64,000 bases of DNA. Origin: an uncultured Gemmatimonadales bacterium. GTDB lineage: Bacteria > Gemmatimonadota > Gemmatimonadetes > Gemmatimonadales > GWC2-71-9. The position numbers and the translations under genes were made by a program. This document shows positions 1-9,631 of the stretch, one piece after another (position 1 is the first letter of the stretch; each line of letters begins with the position of its first letter). The stretch covers positions 544,001-608,000 of the forward strand of contig CAWCFX010000001.1 of the NCBI GenBank assembly GCA_963795085.1, written 5' to 3'. The notes beneath the pieces were generated by a model, which saw only the letters and a program-made list of their open reading frames with translations, was not told the origin of the DNA and did not search any database.

Positions 1-238
1 AGCGGTCGCCGGATGTGCGGGAGCGCTGGAGCAGCTTGGCGACGATCTCGTCGGCGCAGCTGAAATCGAGGAGCCGCACCGCGGAGAAATCGAGCAGGGC
101 GGTCAGGCAGCGGGCTTCCGCCATCGCGTCTTCCACCCGGCCCCGTACGGCGGCGCCCGTGGGACGGGTCACCAGGTCACGATACGGGGTGGCGACCGCG
201 CCCTGGAGGATGCGATCGAGCCTGATGGTATGGATCAT
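1..238 (-). CDS. STAS-like domain protein, runs off the window edge
   Basis: ATG at 238 overlaps the upstream TGA (ATGA). Translation MIHTIRLDRILQGAVATPYRDLVTRPTG...LLDFSAVRLLDFSCADEIVAKLL resembles the STAS 'lDfs.v..lDsS' signature. Not in the ORF track because it has no stop in the window. Confidence 0.65.
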   Translation of the reverse strand, partial: MIHTIRLDRILQGAVATPYRDLVTRPTGAAVRGRVEDAMAEARCLTALLDFSAVRLLDFSCADEIVAKLLQRSRTSGDR

Positions 239-1131
239 CCGGTGGCGTTGTCCTGTGCGGGGATGACGATCTGCACCTGCGAGCCCGGAAAATAGGCGAG
301 ATGCTCGCTCAAAGGTACGTCGTCGTCCCACGTCGGGACGATCGAAAGGCGGGCGGTGCCGCTGCGGATGGAGACCTTGCCGTCCCACCGGGCCAGGTAG
401 CGCTTGATGCCGGCCAGTCCCTGGCCGCGCCCCGGATCGCGGAACCGGCTCACGCCCTGGATCAGGGCCGATTCCAGTGCGGCCCCGTCTCCCCAGCGAT
501 CGCCATACCGCTTGGACTGCACGCCCTCGAGCGAGCGGCGGAACCCGATGCCGGCGTCGCTGACGGCGATGACCACCACCCGGCGGCCCAGTCGCTTTCG
601 AAACGTGTACGCGTGCACCGCCGCCCACCCGCTGGTGCCCGCGTGCTCCACAATATTCTGACAAGCCTCCGAAAGCGCCATAGCGAATCCCATGGTCGCC
701 TTGGCTTCGAGCTTGAGGCCCTCGAGAATGCGGCGGGCGCCCTCCTGGATCTTGCCTACGACATCGTGGACGTCTTCGGCGGCGCGCACCGGCGTCACCG
801 CGAGCAGGACGTCGGACTCGTCGGGCTGCACCCGGGGCACCTTGCCGTGGACCTCGAACAGCTCGGTCGCATACTTGAAAAAGCCGGCCTTGGCCCAGTA
901 CCGGCGGACATCGTCGCTGGTCGGAACCGTGAAGAGCGGCTTCTCGCCGGCCTCGCCCAGGGCCTGGCCGGCGGTGAGCATGGCAATCAGCCCGTACGGT
1001 GACGCCCATTGCGCGGCATGCGCGTCAATGAGTACCCGCTCGCCCGACTGCGCGTTGGCATCCAGCGCGGTGGCGAACTGCTCAAAGCTCTTATCGTCAA
1101 AGCTGGCGGGAACCTCGACCACCCGGGTCAT
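235..1131 (-). CDS. HATPase_c (anti-sigma/Ser kinase-like) ATP-binding protein with N-terminal STAS-like domain
   Basis: True start MTRVVEVP at 1131 (ATGA overlap with pfkB stop). N-box EACQNIVEHA, G1 VSDAGIGF, G2 GRGQGL. Confidence 0.8.
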   Translation of the reverse strand: MTRVVEVPASFDDKSFEQFATALDANAQSGERVLIDAHAAQWASPYGLIAMLTAGQALGEAGEKPLFTVPTSDDVRRYWAKAGFFKYATELFEVHGKVPRVQPDESDVLLAVTPVRAAEDVHDVVGKIQEGARRILEGLKLEAKATMGFAMALSEACQNIVEHAGTSGWAAVHAYTFRKRLGRRVVVIAVSDAGIGFRRSLEGVQSKRYGDRWGDGAALESALIQGVSRFRDPGRGQGLAGIKRYLARWDGKVSIRSGTARLSIVPTWDDDVPLSEHLAYFPGSQVQIVIPAQDNATG

Positions 1132-2075
1132 GGCATGACCAGTTCGCCGCGGAGGTGGCGGCTTAGACCGGTGGCACCACGAAAGGCGGCGGTCCGCGCC
1201 GCCATCCGGTTGGCGGTTGCCAGCGCATCTTCCACCGTGTCGCCCGCCAGGAGCCGCCCGGCCATGGTGCCCCCGAAGACATCGCCGCAGCCGGTGGGGT
1301 CCAGGGCTTCCACCGCCGGAGCGGGGACCAGTGCGGTACGCACCGAGCCGCCGGCCGGCCGGCCCCGGTGGGCCAGCCGCTCGAACCCCGGGGCCGCGAC
1401 GTAGGCCGCACCCCGGGCGCCCAGCGTGACCGTCAGCAGGGACACCCCGGCCTCCAGCGCCTGGGAGGCCAGCGAGAGCGGGTCGGGAGACAACTGGTGC
1501 ATTTCGTCCTCGTTCATCTGGACCATGTCGAAGCAGCTGAACCAGAGCGGCGCCTGGGGCAGCGGCTGCAGCCGGCGGATGCCATCGGGGTGCATGGCCA
1601 GCAGCAGGCTGTGAAAGTCGGCATAGATGGGGCCCGGAAATCCCTGCCGCAGCGCCTGGGCAGTGCCCAGGCCCATCTCGAACCCGGAAATAAAATTTAC
1701 GTAGAGCGCGTCGAGGTCCCGCACCATGGGCCCCAGTTCCGCCCAGGTCCAGCCGGGCACCCCGCCGGACATCCGCTCGCATCGGCGGGCCGCCGACTCA
1801 TACCGGAGCGTCACCCGGTTGTTGGGTACCGGGACCTCCGCGCACCGGGTGCCCGGCGCCAGGCGTTCCAGGGTGCCGAGAAACCGGGCCGCCTCCCCGG
1901 AGAGGTCGCGCCCGACCTTGATGAGCGGAACGATCCGCCAGTCGTCGGTAAGCGCCGCATCGATGCCGGAGAGGCCGTAGGCGATGCCGCCCCACTCCTC
2001 CACCGGGGGCGCGCTGGGATCCCGCCCGTAGATGAGATCCCAGACCATGCTGCCGACGACCCCGACCTTCTTCAT
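1128..2075 (-). CDS. PfkB/ribokinase-family carbohydrate kinase
   Basis: N-terminal GG motif (WGGIAY), NEDE, VTLGARGA, DPTGCGD anion-hole motif. Confidence 0.85.
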   Translation of the reverse strand: MKKVGVVGSMVWDLIYGRDPSAPPVEEWGGIAYGLSGIDAALTDDWRIVPLIKVGRDLSGEAARFLGTLERLAPGTRCAEVPVPNNRVTLRYESAARRCERMSGGVPGWTWAELGPMVRDLDALYVNFISGFEMGLGTAQALRQGFPGPIYADFHSLLLAMHPDGIRRLQPLPQAPLWFSCFDMVQMNEDEMHQLSPDPLSLASQALEAGVSLLTVTLGARGAAYVAAPGFERLAHRGRPAGGSVRTALVPAPAVEALDPTGCGDVFGGTMAGRLLAGDTVEDALATANRMAARTAAFRGATGLSRHLRGELVMP

Positions 2076-2120
2076 AGTAACGAATGCCTCACCCGCCGCG
2101 GCCCGCCGGCAGCTACATGA

Positions 2121-3128
2121 CTAGGATGCCGCCGGCCGGTCGGTGGACCGGGAGGCCGGGGAGATCCGCTGTTCGATAAACGCCCGGGCGGCTCCGTACA
2201 CGCCGGCCGTGCCCGACAGCTCGCCCGGCAGCACCCGGAGTGCATCCACCGCCGGCTTGAAGGCCCGGCGTGAGATCTCCCGGCGGAGCGGCACGAAGAG
2301 GCTGTCTCCGGCGTAGGTAACGCCGCCGCAGACCACCACGACCTCGGGGTTGAAAATATTGACCAGGCTGGCGATGCCGGCGCCCAGGAACTTGGCGGTG
2401 TCGCCGACGACTTCCAGGGCCAGCTTGTCGCCGTCGTGCGCGGCATCGTACACCGTCTGGGCGGTGATCGCCTCCAGCTGCCCGTCCACGTACCCGGGCA
2501 GCGACGTCTCGTAGCCGGACTCGATGGCCTCCCGCGCTCTCCCCGCGATCGCCGGCCCCGATGCGTAGGCCTCCAGGCACCCGTAGTTCCCGCAGTTGCA
2601 GCGGCGCCCGTTGACCTCGATAGTCATATGGCCGATCTCGCCGGCGCAGTCGGAGTGGCCGTGGTACAGCCGGCCGTGGCAGATCAACCCGCCGCCGATG
2701 CCGGTGCCGATGGTGACGCCGATGGCGATCCGGGTCCCCCGGGCGGCGCCCATCCACCACTCGCCCAGCACGGCGCAATTGGCGTCGTTGTCGAGCGCGG
2801 TGGGCAGCCCGACGCCCTCCTGGATACGGGCCCGGAGCGGCATGTTGACCCAGCCGAGATTGGGGGTCAGCAGGACTATGCCGGTCTTGGTATCCAGGGG
2901 GCCGGGCGCCCCGACCCCGATCCCGATGACAAGGGCCTCCGGGTCCGCCCGCCGGCACTCGGCGATGGCGTGCCGGGCCATCGCCACGATGCGTCCGACC
3001 ACTGCGTCCGACCCCTCGTCGGCCCGGGTGGGCTCGGTGTGCAGGGCCAGCAGCCGGGACCCGTCCTCGGCCACGCAGCCGGTGACCAGGTTGGTGCCGC
3101 CGATATCAATGCCGACGATGTAGTTCAC
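2121..3128 (-). CDS. ROK-family sugar kinase (glucokinase-like)
   Basis: GIDIGGT, NDANCA, GTGIGGG, GEIGH, CNCGNYGCLE. GTG start at 3128. Confidence 0.92.
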   Translation of the reverse strand: MNYIVGIDIGGTNLVTGCVAEDGSRLLALHTEPTRADEGSDAVVGRIVAMARHAIAECRRADPEALVIGIGVGAPGPLDTKTGIVLLTPNLGWVNMPLRARIQEGVGLPTALDNDANCAVLGEWWMGAARGTRIAIGVTIGTGIGGGLICHGRLYHGHSDCAGEIGHMTIEVNGRRCNCGNYGCLEAYASGPAIAGRAREAIESGYETSLPGYVDGQLEAITAQTVYDAAHDGDKLALEVVGDTAKFLGAGIASLVNIFNPEVVVVCGGVTYAGDSLFVPLRREISRRAFKPAVDALRVLPGELSGTAGVYGAARAFIEQRISPASRSTDRPAAS

Positions 3129-3138
3129 GGAGCTGGCC

Positions 3139-4147
3139 TCACGGTTGAGTCCACCCTTCGCCGATCGCGGCAACGGCTTCCACCACCGCGCCGACGTCCA
3201 GTTCACGCATGCAGCGGTGATGGCCCAGCGGACACACCGCCGGCCCGTGGGCCGAGCAGGGGCGGCAGGCGAGCCGGGGGTGCTCCACCACCCGGTCGCT
3301 CCTGCCGCGGGGTCCGAACCCGAACGCCGGAAGGGTCGGCCCGAAGATCGCCACGACCGGAGTGCCCATCGCGGTGGCCATGTGGAGCGGCGCCGAATCG
3401 TTGGTGACCAGCAGGCCGGCCTCGCCGATCAGCGCGCTGGACCCGCGGAGCGAGAGCATGCCCGCGGCGTTGTGAACCCGGTCTGCCGCCGGCGCCGGCG
3501 ATGGCCTCGCCCAGGTCCCGGTCTTCGGGGCCGCCCACTACCACGGCGGGAACCCGGAGCCGCCGGGCCAGATCGGCATAGTAGGGCCATTTCTTGGTCC
3601 CCCAGATGGACCCGGGCGCCAGCGCGATGAACGGCTTCTGGACTCCGTGACTCGCCAGCCAGCGGCCCGCCTCGTCGTGGTCTTCCGGTGCCAGTCCCAG
3701 CGCCACCGGCGATTCCTCCCCGGGGCCGCCGAGCGCGAGCAACCGTTCCACTTCGTGGCCCACCTCGTCCCGCGGCACCGTCTGCGTGTACAGGAGCGTG
3801 CTGCCATCGGCAAACCCGATGCGCTCGGGGATCGACGCCAGCCGGGCCAGCGCGCCGGAACGCCAGGAACGGTGGGGAAGGTACGCCCGCTGATAGTGGC
3901 GCTTCCGCAGCGACCGCACCAGTCGAAAGAATCCAGAGACTCCGCGATCCCGGCCCCGCTTGTCATAGCGGATCACCTCCCGCACCGCCGGATGCCGCTC
4001 GATCAGCGGGGCCGCCGCCGGGGTAGTGACGATATCCACCGGCCCGTGTTGCCGGGCCAGTGCGGCCAGCAGGGGCGTGGTCAGGATCACGTCCCCCAGG
4101 AACGCCGTCTGGATCACCAGGACGCCCCCCGCCCCCGGACCGGTCAC
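3139..4147 (-). CDS. waaF: Glycosyltransferase family 9 (LPS heptosyltransferase II-like), frameshifted near 3485-3495
   Basis: ORF 3203..4147 gives IQTAFLGDVILTTP and APGSIWGTKKWP. ORF 3139..3459 gives TNDSAPLHMA, AIFGPT and C-terminal Cys motifs. Removing one base joins them. Confidence 0.8.
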
Positions 4148-4198
4148 CAGTTAGCCATTACTCATACCCGTCCCCTGTCACCAGTCACCTCTCACTAC

Positions 4199-5999
4199 TC
4201 AGTCCACCTGCAATACCGCCAGAAACGCCTCCTGCGGAATCTCCACCGCGCCCACCTGCTTCATCCGCTTCTTGCCCTCTTTCTGTTTCTCCAGCAGCTT
4301 GCGCTTCCGGGTCACGTCGCCGCCATAGCACTTGGCCAGCACGTCCTTGCGGAGGGCGGAGATAGTTTCCCGGGCGATGATCTTCTGCCCGATGGCGGCC
4401 TGGACGACCACCTGGAACAGCTGCCGGGGAATCAGTTCCTTCAGCTTCTCGGCGACCTTGCGGCCCCATTCGTAGGCCTTGTCGCGGTGGATGATCACGC
4501 TGAAGGCGTCGATCTGGTCGCCGTTGATCAGCATGTCGAGCTTGACCAGCTCGGACGCGACGAAGCCGCCCATCTCGTAGTCGAACGAGGCGTAGCCCCG
4601 GCTCAGGCTCTTGAGCTTGTCGTAGAAGTCGAGGACGATCTCGCCCAGCGGGAACTCCCAGTCGAACTCCACCCGGGTCTGGTCCAGGTACTTCATGCCG
4701 AGGTACACGCCCGCGGCGGTCCTGGCCCAGCTTCATGATGGCGCCGATGTAGTCGGCCGGCGCCATGATGCGGGCCTTGACGAAGGGCTCCTCGATCCGG
4801 TCGATGCTGGCCGGGTCCGGCAGCAGGGTCGGGTTCTCCACGTGCAGCATGGTGCCGTCGGTCATGTACACGTGGTATTCGACCGTGGGCACGGTGGAGA
4901 TCAGGTCCAGGTTGAATTCCCGCTCCAGCCGTTCCTGCACGATCTCCATGTGGAGCAGGCCGAGGAAGCCGCAGCGGAACCCGAAGCCGAGGGCGGTGGA
5001 AGATTCCGGCTCGTACTGGAGGCTGGCGTCGTTGAGCCGGAGTTTCTCCAGGGCGTCGCGAAGCGGCTCGTACTGGTCCGAGTCGGTGGGATAGAGGCCC
5101 GCGAACACCATGGACTTGACGTCCCGGTAGCCGGGCAGCAGCTCGGTCGCCCGGTTGGCGGCGTCCAGTACGGTATCGCCGACCCGGCTGTCGCCCACGC
5201 CGCGCAGGTTGGCCACCATGTACCCGACCTCGCCGGCCTCCAGCTGTTCCACTTCCCGCTGGCCCAGCTGCAGGTAGCCCACTTCGTCCACCGTGTACAC
5301 GTCCTCGGGGTGGGCGCCGAAGGCGACCTTCATGCCGCGGCACAGCCGGCCGTCCACCACCCGGATGCTGGGGATGGCGCCGCGGTAGCGGTCGAAGTAG
5401 GAATCGAAGATGAGGGCCCGGAGCGGGGCACCCAGGTTGCCGCGCGGGGGAGGGACCCGGGCCACGATCGCCTCCAGCAGGGCGGGTACCCCGGTCCCGT
5501 CCTTGGCCGAGACCTGGAGGATCTCCTCCCGCCGCGCGCCGATCAGGTCCCTGATCTCCTGGGCCCGCCGCTCCGGCTCGGCGCCGGGGAGGTCAATCTT
5601 GTTGAGCACCGGGATGATCTCGAGCCCGGCGTCCAGCGCCAGGAAAAGATTGGACAGGGTCTGGGCCTGGATTCCCTGGGAGGCGTCCACCACCAGGATG
5701 GCCCCCTCGCAGGCATTGAGCGAGCGGGAGACCTCGTAGGTGAAGTCCACGTGCCCAGGGGTGTCGATCAGGTTGAGTTCGTACTCCTGGCCATCGCGCG
5801 CCTGGTACGCCATGCGGACCGCGTTGAGCTTGATCGTGATGCCGCGCTCCCGCTCCAGGTCCATGGTGTCGAGGAGCTGCTCGCGCATGAGCCGCTTTTC
5901 CACCGCGCCGGTGGCTTCGATCAGCCGGTCGGCGAGGGTGGATTTCCCGTGGTCAATATGGGCGACAATGCAGAAATTCCGGATGGTGGATCGTGACAT
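4199..5999 (-). CDS. lepA: Elongation factor 4 (LepA), frameshifted at ~4710-4712
   Basis: [38 protein letters not shown] in ORF 4185..5999. C-terminal [28 protein letters not shown] lies in ORF 4199..4708. Confidence 0.95.
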
Positions 6000-6027
6000 G
6001 CGGGGAATATAAACCGCAGGCCGACCC

Positions 6028-6372
6028 CTAGCGGACCTCCAGTTCCTCCAGCCGGGCCATGGCCCGCCGCAGGTGGGGAATCACGATGCTGCCCCCCACC
6101 ACGAGGGCGATGGAGAAGACCTCGAGGAACTCCTCGCGGGTGGCGCCCTCCTGGTGGCAGCGCTCGACATGGTACGTGATGCAGTCGTCGCAGCGCAGGA
6201 CCATGGACGACACCAGGCCCAGCATTTCCTTGGTCTTGACCCCCAGCGCGCCGGGTTCGTAGGCCCGGTGGTCCAGCGCGAAGAACCGGTTGATCGTGAC
6301 GTTCCCGGCGCCCAGGATGACGTCGTTCATCCTGGAGCGGAAGGCGTTGAAGTCGGCGAGAGAATCGGACAT
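6028..6372 (-). CDS. Carboxymuconolactone decarboxylase/AhpD-like protein
   Basis: [23 protein letters not shown] (CxxC..H), GATREE. Confidence 0.85.
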   Translation of the reverse strand: MSDSLADFNAFRSRMNDVILGAGNVTINRFFALDHRAYEPGALGVKTKEMLGLVSSMVLRCDDCITYHVERCHQEGATREEFLEVFSIALVVGGSIVIPHLRRAMARLEELEVR

Positions 6373-6387
6373 GAAAGGGAAGATAGA

Positions 6388-6447
6388 ATGAGAAGTGAGC
6401 AGTGAGAAGTGAGAATTGGAAGGGCCTTCTCACTTCTCACCTCCCAC
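6388..6447. repeat. Heptamer tandem repeat with inverted copies (GTGAGAA-like x4 / TTCTCAC-like x3)
   Basis: atgagaa gtgagca gtgagaa gtgagaa ... ttctcac ttctcac ctcccac, forming a hairpin in an intergenic gap. Confidence 0.85.
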
Positions 6448-6457
6448 GGCACCCAGC

Positions 6458-7966
6458 TCAGGGGGTGGCTTCCCCCTGCTCCACGATCTGCCGGTAGGAC
6501 TCCGGGTTCCACTGGGGGCGGGCCGTCGTGTTGCCGATCTCCTGGCCCAGGTGATAGAGGAGCTGCAGCAGCCGGGCTTCCTTTTCGCCGTCGATCTTGT
6601 CGGGCGAGTCGGACACCTTGTGGTAGTCCTCGTGGAGGCCGCTGGTGAAGAAGAGCACCGGGATGCCCTTGCGGGCGAAGTTGTAGTGGTCGGAGCGGAA
6701 GTACAGCCCTTCTTCCGGCCAGATATCGTCGATGGGCCGAACACCCAGGCCGGCATGGGCCCCGGCCACCCGGGTGAGCGTGCTGCCCAGGTCGGAGTGC
6801 TGCATCCCGATGGCCACCACCGTGTCCTTCCAGTTCCGGCCGATCATGTCCAGGTTCAGGTTCGCCACCATGTCCTTGAGGGGCACCGTCGGGTGCTCGA
6901 CGAAGTAGTTGCTTCCCCACAAGCCTTTTTCCTCGCCGCTCACCGTAATGAACAGCAGGGACCGCCGGGGGCGGGCGCCCTGCTGGCTGAAGGCTTCGGC
7001 CAGCTCCAGCACCCCGGCAGTCCCCGAGGCGTCGTCGTCCGCGCCGTTGCTGATGCTGTCCGGCTGGCCCGGCTGGATCCCGATATGGTCCATGTGCGCG
7101 GAAACCACCAGGTACTCGTTCCTGAGCACCGGGTCGCTGCCTTCCAGGATCCCGATCGTGTTCGGCACCATGGTGGTGCCCAGGGTGGTGTGCCGCAGGT
7201 TCAACTCCGCGGACCAGTCCGGGAGGGGTTCGATGAGGGTCCCGGTAGCCGAGCGCAGGTTGGCGAACTGCTCCGCGGCCTCCGGCACCTGGGCAAGGAT
7301 CGCCTGTTCATGCACCTCGATGACGAGCGGTCCGCCCTCCGGTGAATTGCTCAGACTGACCTGTTCGCCCAGGCGCCGGTCCCGTTCCGAGGTGAAGCTG
7401 GCCGAATCCCGGTTGGACACCACCACCAGGAACCTGGCCCCGTGGCCGACCAGGCTTTGCAGCACCAGGCCCGCATTGCCCGGCAGCTCCCGGGTAAAGT
7501 CCAGCGGCCAGACCACGACCTTGCCTTTCACCTCCTCCTCGCTGATTTCGGCCGGATCGGGAGTACCGCCCAGCATCACCATGGGGCCGGTCACCGGCTC
7601 CGCGGGGGCTTCGCCGAAGAGCACTATGGCGTCCCGGGCGAAGAACACCGGAATGGTCCGGTCGCCCCGGAACACGATGGTCGAGGTCGGGTCGAGCCGG
7701 GTCCGGTACAGGGGGTAGTGCTGAATGAAGGTGCCGCTGTCGCCCCCCGGCTTGAGCCCCATTTTCCGGAACTCGGCCGCCACGTACCGCGCCGTGAGGT
7801 CGAGCCCCCGGCTGGGCGTGTCCCGGCCCAGCATCGAGTCGTGCGCGATCACGCCGACCCGGCGGGACACATCGGCGGCGGTAATAGTGGCGGCCGCGCC
7901 GGAGGGCGCGGTCTGGGCGGCTGCGGGGGCAGCGGCCATCAGGGCGAGCAGCAAAATCCGGCGCAT
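6458..7966 (-). CDS. Secreted M28-family metallopeptidase
   Basis: Signal peptide MRRILLLALMAAAPAAAQ. SAHMDH, NGADDDASG, GEEKGLWGS, NLDMIGR, RSDH, DYH. Confidence 0.9.
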   Translation of the reverse strand: MRRILLLALMAAAPAAAQTAPSGAAATITAADVSRRVGVIAHDSMLGRDTPSRGLDLTARYVAAEFRKMGLKPGGDSGTFIQHYPLYRTRLDPTSTIVFRGDRTIPVFFARDAIVLFGEAPAEPVTGPMVMLGGTPDPAEISEEEVKGKVVVWPLDFTRELPGNAGLVLQSLVGHGARFLVVVSNRDSASFTSERDRRLGEQVSLSNSPEGGPLVIEVHEQAILAQVPEAAEQFANLRSATGTLIEPLPDWSAELNLRHTTLGTTMVPNTIGILEGSDPVLRNEYLVVSAHMDHIGIQPGQPDSISNGADDDASGTAGVLELAEAFSQQGARPRRSLLFITVSGEEKGLWGSNYFVEHPTVPLKDMVANLNLDMIGRNWKDTVVAIGMQHSDLGSTLTRVAGAHAGLGVRPIDDIWPEEGLYFRSDHYNFARKGIPVLFFTSGLHEDYHKVSDSPDKIDGEKEARLLQLLYHLGQEIGNTTARPQWNPESYRQIVEQGEATP

Positions 7967-7998
7967 GAAGGTCATCCTCAGGAGAATTGGCATGTCGG

Positions 7999-9516
7999 TC
8001 ACCGGGAGCCGGCGCCTTCCACGATCTGGCGGTAGCTCTCCGGGTTCCACTTGGGCCGCTGGGGCGCGTTGGCGATGTCCTGTCCGACGTAGAACAGGAG
8101 CTTCAGGATTCGGGCTTCCTTCTCTCCGTCGATCTTGTCCGGCGAGTCGCTGGGCCGGTGATAGTCTTCGTGCACGCCGTTGAAGAAGAAGAGGACCGGA
8201 ACGCCCTTCCGCGCGAAGTTGTAGTGGTCGGAGCGGCTGTAAAAGTTCTCCTGGGGCCACCGGTCGTCGATCGCGGTCATCCGGAGTTCGGGGTGCGCGT
8301 CGTTGACCCGCTGCAGGGTGGGGCCCAGGTCGGAATGCTGCCGGCCAATGGCCACGATAGTGTCCTTCCAGTTCCGCCCGATCATGTCGATGTTGATGTT
8401 CGCCACCAGGTTCTCTACGGGCACCGTCGGGTGTTCGGCAAAGTACTGGCTGCCCCAGAGTCCCTTTTCCTCGCCGCTTACCGTAATAAACAGCACCGAG
8501 CGTTTCGGCGGCGCCAGGCTGAACGCTTCGGCCAGCTCGATCACCCCCACGGTGCCGGAGGCGTCATCGTCGGCGCCGTTGTTGATGCTGTCGGTCCGTC
8601 CGGTGGAAATGCCCACGTGGTCCATGTGCGCCGAGAAGACCAGGAATTCATGGCGGAGCAGGGGATCGGTGCCGGTCACGATCCCGATGGTATTGGGGGC
8701 GGTCGCCTCTTCGAGAATGGCCTGCTTCAGGTCCGCCATAATGGTGAGCCCCGGGACCGGCTGGTGGACGAACGTGCCGGTCTTGCGGAGGGCGGCGAGA
8801 TCCAGGCCGGCGCCGGCCAGGAGCGAGCCCACCGACCGGTCGTGCACCTCCACCACCGGTACCCCCGGTGCGCTGGCCCCTTCGATGGTCAGCCGGATGC
8901 CGCCCTGCCGCCGCATTTCGGTCGCGAAGGTCGCCGAATCCCGGTTGGAAACCACCACGACGGCCCGCGCCCCGCCCTGCACGGCCGCCCTGATCATCCG
9001 GGTGGCGTTGAGCGGGAAAGGGCCGCCGGAACGATCCGCGACGACCAGCGCCACCTTGTTCCGCACTCCATCACCCAGGGCGACGGTAGAATCCCAAGTG
9101 CCGGCGAGAACCACTGCGGGGCCCCCGGCCTCATTGGCCGGAATGCCGCCGTAGAGAAAACGGGCATCGCGGGCCAGTTCGGCATGGTGATGCGACCCGT
9201 TGATCATGAAGCCGATGTGCGAGGCCTCAAGGTCCAGGCGGGTCCGGGTGATCCGGTAGCGCTGGAACCAGCTGCCGTCTGCCCCGCCGGGCTTGAGGCC
9301 GAAACGCTTGAATTCGTCGGCCACGTACTGTGCCGTCATTTCCAGGCCCTTGCTTGGGGTGTCCCGGCCCAGCATCGAGTCATGCGCGATGATATGAACC
9401 CGGCGCATGACGTCGGCGGTGGTGATCGTAGCCGCCGCCTGGTCCAGGGCCCGGTTGGGGCTCTGGGCGGACAGCGGCGTGGCGAGCAGGAACAGGAACA
9501 GAGTGGGTCGGTGCAT
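7999..9516 (-). CDS. Secreted M28-family metallopeptidase (tandem paralog)
   Basis: Signal peptide MHRPTLFLFLLATPLSAQ. Same M28 motifs as its neighbour. Confidence 0.9.
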   Translation of the reverse strand: MHRPTLFLFLLATPLSAQSPNRALDQAAATITTADVMRRVHIIAHDSMLGRDTPSKGLEMTAQYVADEFKRFGLKPGGADGSWFQRYRITRTRLDLEASHIGFMINGSHHHAELARDARFLYGGIPANEAGGPAVVLAGTWDSTVALGDGVRNKVALVVADRSGGPFPLNATRMIRAAVQGGARAVVVVSNRDSATFATEMRRQGGIRLTIEGASAPGVPVVEVHDRSVGSLLAGAGLDLAALRKTGTFVHQPVPGLTIMADLKQAILEEATAPNTIGIVTGTDPLLRHEFLVFSAHMDHVGISTGRTDSINNGADDDASGTVGVIELAEAFSLAPPKRSVLFITVSGEEKGLWGSQYFAEHPTVPVENLVANINIDMIGRNWKDTIVAIGRQHSDLGPTLQRVNDAHPELRMTAIDDRWPQENFYSRSDHYNFARKGVPVLFFFNGVHEDYHRPSDSPDKIDGEKEARILKLLFYVGQDIANAPQRPKWNPESYRQIVEGAGSR

Positions 9517-9631
9517 GAGACTCAGGCTCGTGGGCTGGGGTGGAGGTCTTGAGGCCGGGTGGACAATAGCCGCGCCCGGCCGGGTACGGTACGGCCGGGC
9601 GCGTGGCATGTTTCAGTCGGGAGCGCCAGTT

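Noticed and set aside
4700..4720. Programmed frameshift in lepA
   Set aside because: No slippery heptamer or known recoding in lepA. The same one-base pattern in two unrelated genes points to sequencing error.
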